Below, in pieces: positions 1-7,694 of a stretch of DNA of 10,188 nucleotides. The position numbers were made by a program, and so were the translations under genes. The stretch is from Chthonomonadales bacterium (GTDB lineage: Bacteria > Armatimonadota > Chthonomonadetes > Chthonomonadales > Chthonomonadaceae): positions 1 through 10,188 of the forward strand of contig JBBQPO010000228.1 in the NCBI GenBank assembly GCA_038217285.1. The letters run 5' to 3'. The first letter of the stretch is position 1. Every line of letters begins with the position of its first letter. Below the pieces are notes generated by a model. That model had not been told where the DNA came from, ran no database searches, and saw nothing but the letters and a program-made list of their open reading frames with translations.

Positions 1-8
1 GGAAAGAT

Positions 9-1418
9 TCAGTCGCTGTCGGGAAAGAGGCCGCTCTCCGAACCGGGTCCGTTGTAGCCCGCTTCCCCGTGCAGGGCCAGGTCGAGCCCGGCGTTCTCCG
101 CCTCCTCGCTGACCCGCAGTCCCATTACCTTTTTCAGGATCAGAACCAGCAGGAAGGTCACCGTACCGGCATACCCGACCGAAACCCCGACCGCAAGCAG
201 TTGCTTGCCGAGCAATGTGAATCCTCCCCCGGCGAACAGCCCGTTCGCGCCCGCCGCGTTCACAGCAACCGAGGCGAACAGCCCCGTGGCGAGAGCGCCC
301 CACATCCCTCCGATCCCGTGTACACCGAACACGTCCAGCGTGTCGTCGTAGTGGAAGCGGTGCTTCAGTTGAATGGCGTAGAACGAGATCACCGCCACTC
401 CGGCTCCGATGGCGATGGCCGCCAGTGGCCCGACAAATCCGGAGGCGGGCGTGATCGCGACTAGACCGGCCACGGCCCCGGTTGCGAAGCCCAGCGCGGT
501 CGGTTTCTTATGGATGAGACAGTCCAGCCCGATCCAGGTCACGCCCGCCACCGCTGCTGCGACATGCGTGGTGAGGAAAGCCGAGCCGGCCAGGCCGCCC
601 GCCGTCAGCGCGCTGCCCGCGTTGAACCCGAACCAGCCGAACCAGAGCAGTCCCGTGCCGATCAGCGTCATGGGCAGGTTATGCGGTCGCAGCTCCTCTT
701 CGTGCCCGATCCCTGCGGAGCGGCGCTTGCCGAGCGCGAGCGCGACGACGAGCGCGGAGACGCCGCTCGTGATATGCACGACGGTCCCCCCGGCGAAGTC
801 CAGCGCGCCCATCGTGCCGAGCCAGCCGTTGTGCCCCCAGACCCAATGCGCCACCGGACAGTAGACCAGCGTAGACCAGAGCACCATGAAGACGACATAG
901 GTCGAGAACTTCATGCGCTCCGCGATAGCTCCGCTGATGAGCGCAGGCGTGATGATAGCGAACATCATCTGATAGATCATGTAGACCTGATGCGGAATGG
1001 TCGCGGCGTAGTCGGGATTTGGCGCTTGCCCCACCCCCTGCAGCCCAAACCAGGCGAGGCTGCCGATCCACCGCCCACCCGGCCCGAACGCCAGCGAGTA
1101 GCCCCACAGTATCCAGACGACGGTGACGACTCCCAATGCCACAAAGCTCTGCATCAGCATATTGAGCACGTTCTTGGCGCGGACCATGCCCCCGTAGAAC
1201 AGAGCGAGGCCCGGCGTCATCAGCATGACGAACGCGGCGGAGACGAGCATCCAGGCCGTATCGCCTGGTTCCAGTTTCGGAACCGGCCCGGCGACCGGTG
1301 CGCCCTGTGCGCCTGCCAGCATCGGCAGACCGCATAACAGCGCGATGCACAGAGATCCGAGAACCACGGCATGACGCGACAGCGCATCGTCCGATCCCGG
1401 TCGGTTAGTAACCCACAT
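9..1418 (-). CDS. amtB: Ammonium transporter (Amt/Mep/Rh family)
   Basis: Diagnostic motifs: DTAWMLVSAAFVMLMTPGLALFYGG, QMMFAIITPALISGA, HWVWG, LDFAGGTVVHITSG, LLWFGWFGFNAGS, DDTLDVFGVHGIGG, GLDLALHGEAGY; twin His pair intact. Start placed at ATG 1418, 12 nt after AGGAGG (1436-1431), followed by a signal-peptide-like segment ending AGA-Q. ATG 1439 is an alternative. The ORF-track start at 1604 is the TTG of the -35 box. Confidence 0.96.
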   Translation of the reverse strand: MWVTNRPGSDDALSRHAVVLGSLCIALLCGLPMLAGAQGAPVAGPVPKLEPGDTAWMLVSAAFVMLMTPGLALFYGGMVRAKNVLNMLMQSFVALGVVTVVWILWGYSLAFGPGGRWIGSLAWFGLQGVGQAPNPDYAATIPHQVYMIYQMMFAIITPALISGAIAERMKFSTYVVFMVLWSTLVYCPVAHWVWGHNGWLGTMGALDFAGGTVVHITSGVSALVVALALGKRRSAGIGHEEELRPHNLPMTLIGTGLLWFGWFGFNAGSALTAGGLAGSAFLTTHVAAAVAGVTWIGLDCLIHKKPTALGFATGAVAGLVAITPASGFVGPLAAIAIGAGVAVISFYAIQLKHRFHYDDTLDVFGVHGIGGMWGALATGLFASVAVNAAGANGLFAGGGFTLLGKQLLAVGVSVGYAGTVTFLLVLILKKVMGLRVSEEAENAGLDLALHGEAGYNGPGSESGLFPDSD

Positions 1419-1574
1419 CTTCGTATTCTTCCTCCTCATTGGCGATGGCGTCTTCGGTGACGACGATAAGTCGGCTGTCCAAGCCGGGCGACCTGTCCCG
1501 ACAACGCTGTCGGAGTACAAAATAGCGCAGTGCGCGACGGCATCGGCGTCGACGCGCAGCGAACGAAGGTTCAA

Positions 1575-1604
1575 AGCATGGCATACTGGGGAGATCACTG
1601 TCAA
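1575..1604 (-). promoter_or_regulatory. Putative sigma70 promoter of amtB
   Basis: Minus strand: TTGACA (1604-1599), 18-nt spacer ending in TGC (extended -10 TGn), then CATGCT (1580-1575). Predicts a TSS near 1568. Confidence 0.65.
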
Positions 1605-1629
1605 GAAGACAGATGGAGGACACCTGTCT
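1598..1629. promoter_or_regulatory. Candidate operator: overlapping inverted repeats at the amtB -35 box
   Basis: CTGTC-N5-GACAG (1598-1612) and AGACAGATG-N5-CACCTGTCT (1607-1629, 8/9 symmetric). Confidence 0.4.
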
Positions 1630-1753
1630 GCAAGGGCATTTTTATCTCTTTCGGAACAAACTTGAAGATGCGGTGTCGAAGAGGAAGGAATCCGGTCGCA
1701 GCGACAGGAATTTAACGAATACCTACTGGGAACATACTCGGCAATCTATCCCG

Positions 1754-1779
1754 ACCGTGCTTCCTCCCTGAAGCACGGT
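1754..1779 (+). promoter_or_regulatory. Perfect 10-bp hairpin in the leader of the oxidoreductase gene
   Basis: ACCGTGCTTC-ctccct-GAAGCACGGT, followed by ACAGCTTTTT and the RBS GAGGAG (1794-1799). Confidence 0.5.
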
Positions 1780-1807
1780 ACAGCTTTTTCAAAGAGGAGA
1801 ATGAGTC

Positions 1808-3142
1808 ATGAGTTCGCACGGCAATCGACGTGAATTTTTGAAGACCGCCGCAGGGACGGCCTTCGGTGTCTGGGCCGGTACGACCGCCCAGGCCCAGGAC
1901 AAGCCCAAGTCCGCCAACGATCAGCTCAGTTTCGCCTGCATCGGCGTAGGCGGCAAAGGCGACAGCGACTCCAGCGATGCGGCTCGCTTCTCCAATATCG
2001 TCGCCATCTGCGACGTGGACGAGAACACTCTCAACCGCAAAGCCCTGCAGTTCCCCAATGCCAAGAAGTACCGCGACTACCGCAAGATGTACGACGAGAT
2101 GGGCAAACATATCGATGGCGTCACGGTCAGCATCCCCGACCATTCGCATGGTCCGGCGACGGCGCTGGCGCTGCACATGGGCAAAGCCACCTACACCCAG
2201 AAGCCGATGGCGCACAGCATCTATGAGTGTCGTCAGCTCGCACTGCTGGCCAAAAAGCATAAGGTCGCCACTCAGATGGGCAACCAGGGCACCGCCGGCA
2301 ACAGCATGCGCGAAAACGCCTACCGCGTCCGCGCAGGCGCTCTCGGCACGGTGAAAGAGGTGCATGTCTGGACCAACCGTCCGATCTGGCCGCAGGGCAT
2401 CGAGCGCCCGGCAGAAAAGCCGGTTCCAGCCAACCTGGACTGGGATCTGTGGATCGGGCCAGCAAAGATGCGTCCTTACGGCGACGGTTACCACACCTTT
2501 GCGTGGCGTGGTTTCTGGGACTTCGGAACCGGTGCGCTCGGCGATATGGCCTGCCACACCGTCAATCTGCCGTTCATGGCCCTCGACCTGCTCAATCCGC
2601 TGTCGGTCGTGGCGACCTCCTCCGGCACCAACCACGACAGCTATCCGAAGGCGTCGAAGATCATTTATGAGTTCCCGGCCAACGGCAAGCGTCCTGCCCT
2701 GACGATGTACTGGTACGATGGCGGCTACATGCCGCCGATGGATCTGTTCCCAAAAGACCTTCTCCCGGAGAGCGGCAAAGTTCCCGATAGCGGTTCGCTG
2801 ATCATCGGCGACAAGGGCAGCCTCTATACCCCCGGCGACTACGGCGGCGGAGGCCACATCGTCGGCGGCGTCGAGATGGCCAGTGTCGACTATCCGCACT
2901 CCCCCGGTCACTGGGAAGAGTTTATCGGCGCTATTCGCGGCGGCAAGCCGGCCATGTCGAACTTCCCGGACTACGCCTCGCATCTGGCCGAAACCATTCT
3001 GCTTGGCAACCTGGCGGTCTGGGCCGAGGGCGAGAAGGTACTCTGGGATGCGAAAAACATGAAGGTCAAGAACGGTAGCACCGTCGCCGACAAAGTGGCG
3101 CACATAATCCAGCCTACCTACCGCTCCGGTTACGCGCTGTAA
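1808..3142 (+). CDS. Gfo/Idh/MocA family NAD(P)-dependent oxidoreductase with Tat signal peptide
   Basis: NRREFLK twin-arginine motif and AQA-Q cleavage site; Rossmann motif IGVGGKG; VAICDVD, PDHSH, QKP (EKP variant), QMGNQ, DWDLWIGPA, WRGFWDFGTGALGDMACH; RBS GAGGAG 8 nt upstream. Confidence 0.93.
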   Translation: MSSHGNRREFLKTAAGTAFGVWAGTTAQAQDKPKSANDQLSFACIGVGGKGDSDSSDAARFSNIVAICDVDENTLNRKALQFPNAKKYRDYRKMYDEMGKHIDGVTVSIPDHSHGPATALALHMGKATYTQKPMAHSIYECRQLALLAKKHKVATQMGNQGTAGNSMRENAYRVRAGALGTVKEVHVWTNRPIWPQGIERPAEKPVPANLDWDLWIGPAKMRPYGDGYHTFAWRGFWDFGTGALGDMACHTVNLPFMALDLLNPLSVVATSSGTNHDSYPKASKIIYEFPANGKRPALTMYWYDGGYMPPMDLFPKDLLPESGKVPDSGSLIIGDKGSLYTPGDYGGGGHIVGGVEMASVDYPHSPGHWEEFIGAIRGGKPAMSNFPDYASHLAETILLGNLAVWAEGEKVLWDAKNMKVKNGSTVADKVAHIIQPTYRSGYAL

Positions 3143-3145
3143 TCA

Positions 3146-3180
3146 CCTCACCCCGGCCCCCTTCCCTCTCGGGAAGGGAG
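3146..3180 (+). repeat. BoxC-like palindromic intergenic element (possible terminator or mRNA stabiliser)
   Basis: Pyrimidine-rich tail CCTCACCCCGG followed by hairpin CCCTTCCC-tctc-GGGAAGGG (3159-3178). Resembles the CCTCACCCC..CCCTCTCCC..GGGAGAGGG BoxC-type repeats. Begins just after the stop codon. Confidence 0.6.
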
Positions 3181-3319
3181 CTGGATTTTGCTTAAAGAAA
3201 GACCTGTCGTTTCGCGGGAGTAGGTTTGCTCTTTCCGAAGCGCCAGGTCTTTGCAACATTTCTGTATCACTGGCCTCTAAAGAGGGAACCCAAATTGAAC
3301 CGATGAGAAAGCGTTTTAC

Positions 3320-6214
3320 ATGCCCAAACCACTCCTTCCAATCTCCTTGATCCTGCTCTTTGGCGGTGTTGTTCTCGCACCTATGGCAGCGCAAACGCCG
3401 AAACCGCCGCTTTCGCCGGTCCCCGGCGCGAAGGCGACAGGGGCGCTGACTTCAGGAGCGGCGGACCAAGAGAGGGTCGATCCGGTAGGAGTCGAGTTTT
3501 TCGAGAAGAAAGTCCGTCCGGTATTGGCGCAGTACTGCTATTCGTGTCACTCTCAGTCTGCGAAGCGTTCGCTCGGGAATTTTACGCTCGATACGCGCCA
3601 GGGGATGATGCACGGCGGTCAGGGCGGCTCCGCTCTGATGCCCGGTGACCCGGCGCATAGTCGCCTGATCGAGGCGATTCACTACACCCAGCCGGAACTT
3701 CAGATGCCGCCGAAGGCCAAACTTTCCGAAGCGGCCATCGCGGATCTGACCGAATGGGTGAAGATGGGCGCTCCCTGGCCCCACGAACGCGTCGTGACAG
3801 CCTCGCTGGCCCCGAACCCTGCGGCTCTTCTGGTGGAGAGACGCAAACGACAGCACTGGGCCTGGCAGCCGGTTCGCGCCGTCTCCCCCCCGCCTGTCAA
3901 ACGCGCGGCGTGGGCACATAATCCGATAGACCGTTTCATTCTGGCCGGTTTGGAAACGCGGGGGCTTAAACCCAACTCCTACGCCGACCGCCGCACCCTG
4001 ATACGCCGCGCCACCTTCGATCTGATCGGCCTGCCCCCCACTCCTGAAGAGGTGGAGGCCTTCCTTGCCGACCGGTCGCCCAGAGCCTGGGAGACGGTTG
4101 TCGACCGCCTGCTGGCAAGCCCACACTATGGCGAGCGCTGGGGCCGCTACTGGCTCGACATCGCGCGTTATGGGGAGGATCAGGCGCATAGCTTCGAGCC
4201 GCGTCTCTATCCCCAGGGTTTCCGCTACCGCGACTGGGTCGCCCACGCCCTCAACACCGATATGCCGTACGACCGCTTCGTCCGCGCCCAGATCGCCGCC
4301 GACCTGACCAACGAGCCGGATTCGAAAGAGAATCTGCCCGCCCTCGGCTTCTTCGCAACCGGTCCGGTCTACTACGGCGACAGCAAAATGTTCGATCAGT
4401 ACGACGACCGCATCGATACGCTCTCGCGCGGCTTCCTCGGCCTGACCGTCGCCTGTGCCCGCTGCCATGACCACAAATTCGATCCGATCACACAGAAGGA
4501 CTACTATGGACTCGCGGGCATCTTCGCGAGCACAGCCTATATCGAGGTGCCCTACACCCCGCCAACGGCCGGAGGCCCGGAGAGCAAGGCCGCAGGAGTG
4601 ACCAATCGCCAGGACCTGATCAACACCAAAGTAGCGGAAGTCGATAAGTTTACGAACGAGCAGCTTACGAATCTGCGCGGACGGTTCCTGCCGGAAACCT
4701 CACGCTACCTGGTGGCCGTGTGGAAACTGCTCAATGTTCGCAAAACCAATTCTAAACTGGCATCAGAACAGTTTGCCAACTCGGAGAAGCTGGAAGCGCT
4801 CGTCCTGGATCGCTGGATGACCTACCTCGCGAAGGGGAAGGATCAGCCGCTCCTGGCCGACTGGCAGAAGATGGTGCAGACACAGGACGCGCACACCGAT
4901 CTTTCCGCATCTGGAGCTGCGGTGGCGCAGGCGACCAAAATTGCGGACGCCTATCAGAACAGCCTCATGGATCTCGTCAAACGCCGCAAGGAGAAGCCGA
5001 GCCAGCCCGCGCTGACCAAAGCCGAGATGACCGAAGCCGACGAGATCGTGGGAGATGCGGGCGTCCTGACCATTCCCAAAGACCAGTTCGACCGCCTGCT
5101 CGTTGGAGATCCCAAAGTCCACTATGCCACCATTAAGGGCCAACTAGAGCGGCTGAAGATGGGCGCGTTCATCCATGCGCTGACCGAAGGTCCGAAGATC
5201 GCCAATGTACCGGTCCTGCTGCGGGGCAATCCCGACGCTCCGGGCGAAGAGGCCCCGCGCAAGTTCCTGACGATCCTCGCAGGGGACAACGCCCCGGTCT
5301 TCACCAGGGGCAGCGGGCGGCTGGAACTCGCCAACGCCATCGCGGACAGGAACAATCCGCTGACCGCGCGGGTCATGGTCAACCGTCTCTGGCAGCATCA
5401 CTTCGGCGTCGGACTGGTCCGAACCGCCAGCAACTTCGGTCTTTTAGGCGAGCCGCCCACCCACCCCGAGTTGCTGGACTATCTGGCGAAACAGTTCATG
5501 GATCAGGGCTGGTCGATGAAAGCTATGCATCGTCAGATCATGCTCTCCGCCACCTACCAGATGAGCAGCGCGCGAAACGCACACAACGATGAGATCGACC
5601 CGGACAACCGTTATGTGTGGCGCGCCAGCCGACGCCGTCTGGAGATCGAAGCGTGGCGGGACGCCATGCTGGCCGTCACGGATAGGCTGGATCCGACCAT
5701 CGGCGGGCCGTCGCTATCGCTCTCTTCGGCAGACAATCACCGGCGCACGTTCTACGCCGCCGTCAGCCGCCATGATCTCGACTCGATGCTGCGCCTGTTC
5801 GACTTCCCGGATCCCAATGCGACGACAGATGCGCGGATGGCGACAACCGTTCCGCTGCAGCAGTTGTTCGTGCTCAACAGCGAGTTTATGATCCAGCAGG
5901 CGAAGGCGTTCGCTGCCCGGCTCCACGCCAACCCAGCGGATTCCGACGCGGATCGCATCAAACATGCCTATCTGCTCGTGGATAGCAGGCCGCCGACCGA
6001 GGCGGAGATGGCGCTGGGACTGGCCTTCCTGCGGGGTCCGAAACAGATTCTGATCGCGCCCGATACCGGCGGTGGCCTCTCCTCCGAAACACCGCAGACC
6101 GGGCCTGTCCCTGGCGGCGCAAAACCTGCGGCGCCGATGGCAAGCCGCCTCACGCGCTGGGAGCAGTATGCGCAGGCCCTGCTGAGCGCCAACGAATTTC
6201 TCTATGTCGACTGA
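3320..6214 (+). CDS. Planctomycete cytochrome c + DUF1549 + DUF1553 (PSD1) domain protein, Sec-exported
   Basis: Hydrophobic signal ending MAA-Q. Cytochrome domain: FFEKKVRPVL..CYSCH..QMPP..WVKMGAPWP. DUF1549: HWAWQP, NPIDRFI, LIRRATFDL.GLPP, SPHYGERWGRYWLD.ARY, FLGLTVACARCHDHKFDPI. DUF1553: SGRLELA..I....NPLTARVMVNRLWQHHFG.GLV, PTHPELLDYLA, RRLEIEAWRD, FDFPD, NEFLYVD. Confidence 0.94.
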   Translation: MPKPLLPISLILLFGGVVLAPMAAQTPKPPLSPVPGAKATGALTSGAADQERVDPVGVEFFEKKVRPVLAQYCYSCHSQSAKRSLGNFTLDTRQGMMHGGQGGSALMPGDPAHSRLIEAIHYTQPELQMPPKAKLSEAAIADLTEWVKMGAPWPHERVVTASLAPNPAALLVERRKRQHWAWQPVRAVSPPPVKRAAWAHNPIDRFILAGLETRGLKPNSYADRRTLIRRATFDLIGLPPTPEEVEAFLADRSPRAWETVVDRLLASPHYGERWGRYWLDIARYGEDQAHSFEPRLYPQGFRYRDWVAHALNTDMPYDRFVRAQIAADLTNEPDSKENLPALGFFATGPVYYGDSKMFDQYDDRIDTLSRGFLGLTVACARCHDHKFDPITQKDYYGLAGIFASTAYIEVPYTPPTAGGPESKAAGVTNRQDLINTKVAEVDKFTNEQLTNLRGRFLPETSRYLVAVWKLLNVRKTNSKLASEQFANSEKLEALVLDRWMTYLAKGKDQPLLADWQKMVQTQDAHTDLSASGAAVAQATKIADAYQNSLMDLVKRRKEKPSQPALTKAEMTEADEIVGDAGVLTIPKDQFDRLLVGDPKVHYATIKGQLERLKMGAFIHALTEGPKIANVPVLLRGNPDAPGEEAPRKFLTILAGDNAPVFTRGSGRLELANAIADRNNPLTARVMVNRLWQHHFGVGLVRTASNFGLLGEPPTHPELLDYLAKQFMDQGWSMKAMHRQIMLSATYQMSSARNAHNDEIDPDNRYVWRASRRRLEIEAWRDAMLAVTDRLDPTIGGPSLSLSSADNHRRTFYAAVSRHDLDSMLRLFDFPDPNATTDARMATTVPLQQLFVLNSEFMIQQAKAFAARLHANPADSDADRIKHAYLLVDSRPPTEAEMALGLAFLRGPKQILIAPDTGGGLSSETPQTGPVPGGAKPAAPMASRLTRWEQYAQALLSANEFLYVD

Positions 6215-6245
6215 ACCTGCACCCCTGGAAACGAGATAAGACGCG

Positions 6246-7694
6246 ATGACCAAGGCTCCTGACGATAATCTGATTGTGACGAACTCCGCGACGCTGCCCT
6301 CGCGCCGCGACCTGCTCTGCCGCATCGGCGGCGGTTTTGGCGCACTGGCGCTGAGCAGCATGCTCACCTCGGAGGCCCGGGCGACGACAACGCCGTCCAT
6401 CGTGGCGGGCGGCGTTCGCAAGAGCTACACGCTCGATAGGCGCCCGCCGATGTTTCCGGCGAAGGCGAAACGTGTCATCTTCCTGTTCATGAACGGCGGC
6501 CCTTCGCATGTCGATACGTTCGATCCCAAGCCATCGCTCGCGAAGTATGCCGGGCAGAGCCCCGATCCGATCAAGATCGGCGGTAAGAAGAACTCCGGCC
6601 TGCTGATGGCGTCGCCGTTCCAGACAGCGAGGTATGGCAAGAGCGGCATCGAAGTGTCGGAGCTCTATCCCGAAGTGGGCAAATGTATAGACGACATCTG
6701 TGTGCTTCGCTCGATGTATACCGACAACCCCAACCACGAGCCGGCCCTGCTGATGATGAACTCCGGTAACATGCAGCCAATCCGGCCCTCACTCGGCTCC
6801 TGGATCACCTATGGCCTCGGAACCGTGAACCAGAACCTGCCCGGCTTTGTGGCGCTCTGCCCCGGTAAACCGGTCGTCGGCCCCCAGCTCTGGAGCAACA
6901 GTTTTCTGCCAGGCGTCTATCAGGGCACCCATATCAACAACCGTGAGACCGATCCCAAGAAGATCCTGCGCAACGTCGAGAACCGCTATCTCAACGCGAC
7001 CGATCAGCGCGAACAGCTTGACCTGCTGCAGCAGATGAATCGGCTGCATCTCGGCACACACGACCATGACCCACAGTTAGACGCCCGCATCTCCGCCCTC
7101 GAACTGGCCTTTCGGATGCAGTTCGAGGCGCAGGATGCGTTCGATATCGGTAAGGAGACGAAGGCGACTCGGGAGATGTACGGGGAGGGCGAATTCGCCA
7201 ACGCCTGCCTCATGGCGCGGCGTCTGGCGGAGCGCGGGGTCCGCATCACGCAGATCTACTATGGCGATGGGCAGCCCTGGGACGATCATGCCGACATTCT
7301 GAACCACCGCGACCACGCCCGCAAAAGCGACAAACCGATTGCGGCACTGCTGAAAGACCTGAAACAGCGCGGTATGCTCGACGATACACTCGTCATCTGG
7401 GGCGGCGAGTTCGGTCGGACCCCGACATCACAGGGCGCGAAAGGCCGCGATCACCACAGCACCGGTTTCTCGATGTGGATGGCGGGCGGCGGCGTCAAGG
7501 GCGGTCTGGCCTACGGAGCCACCGACGAATTCGGCTTCAATGCCGTCGAGAACCCCATGCACGTCCACGACCTCCACGCCACGATCCTTCACCTGATGGG
7601 CATGGATCACACCAAACTCACCTATCGCTACAGCGGCCGCGACTTCCGCCTCACCGACGTTCACGGCGTTGTTCAGAAGGACATTATCGCCTGA
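6246..7694 (+). CDS. DUF1501 domain protein (Tat-like signal, alkaline phosphatase/sulfatase-like superfamily)
   Basis: SRRDLL..IGGGFGALAL leader; AKAKRVIFLFMNGGPSHVDTFDPKP, RPSLGSWITYGLG, ARRLAERGVR, WDDH, LLKDLKQRGMLDDTLVIWGGEFGRTP, GRDHH, YGATDEFG, HVHDLHATILHLMG. Usual position directly after a DUF1553 gene. Confidence 0.94.
   Translation: MTKAPDDNLIVTNSATLPSRRDLLCRIGGGFGALALSSMLTSEARATTTPSIVAGGVRKSYTLDRRPPMFPAKAKRVIFLFMNGGPSHVDTFDPKPSLAKYAGQSPDPIKIGGKKNSGLLMASPFQTARYGKSGIEVSELYPEVGKCIDDICVLRSMYTDNPNHEPALLMMNSGNMQPIRPSLGSWITYGLGTVNQNLPGFVALCPGKPVVGPQLWSNSFLPGVYQGTHINNRETDPKKILRNVENRYLNATDQREQLDLLQQMNRLHLGTHDHDPQLDARISALELAFRMQFEAQDAFDIGKETKATREMYGEGEFANACLMARRLAERGVRITQIYYGDGQPWDDHADILNHRDHARKSDKPIAALLKDLKQRGMLDDTLVIWGGEFGRTPTSQGAKGRDHHSTGFSMWMAGGGVKGGLAYGATDEFGFNAVENPMHVHDLHATILHLMGMDHTKLTYRYSGRDFRLTDVHGVVQKDIIA

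Noticed and set aside
861..879. Direct repeat GTAGACCAG x2 inside amtB
   Set aside because: Short, two copies, inside a conserved coding region; consistent with chance.
1520..1574. Possible glutamine (glnA) riboswitch in the amtB leader, which begins with ..CGTTC
   Set aside because: No downstream GAACG partner strand or GGAAGTA/GAAG E-loop motifs seen.
1440..1604. N-terminal extension of AmtB to 531 aa
   Set aside because: Its start is the TTG of the -35 hexamer; the region is better explained as promoter plus 5' leader.
1695..1705. Palindrome GTCGC-A-GCGAC in the divergent intergenic region
   Set aside because: 5-bp GC-rich arms are common by chance in this DNA; no other support.
1712..3103. 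463-aa antisense ORF opposite the oxidoreductase
   Set aside because: Shadow ORF expected from GC-rich codon bias; no recognisable motifs.
6035..6150. Pro/Gly-rich C-terminal loop (GPVPGGAKP) echoing the N-terminal SPVPGAKA of the same protein
   Set aside because: Low-complexity linker similarity without a convincing nucleotide duplication.
7475..7690. 72-aa N-terminal extension of the GH127 ORF in the ORF track
   Set aside because: Overlaps the conserved DUF1501 C-terminus out of frame; Arg/Pro/His-rich composition typical of an off-frame read.
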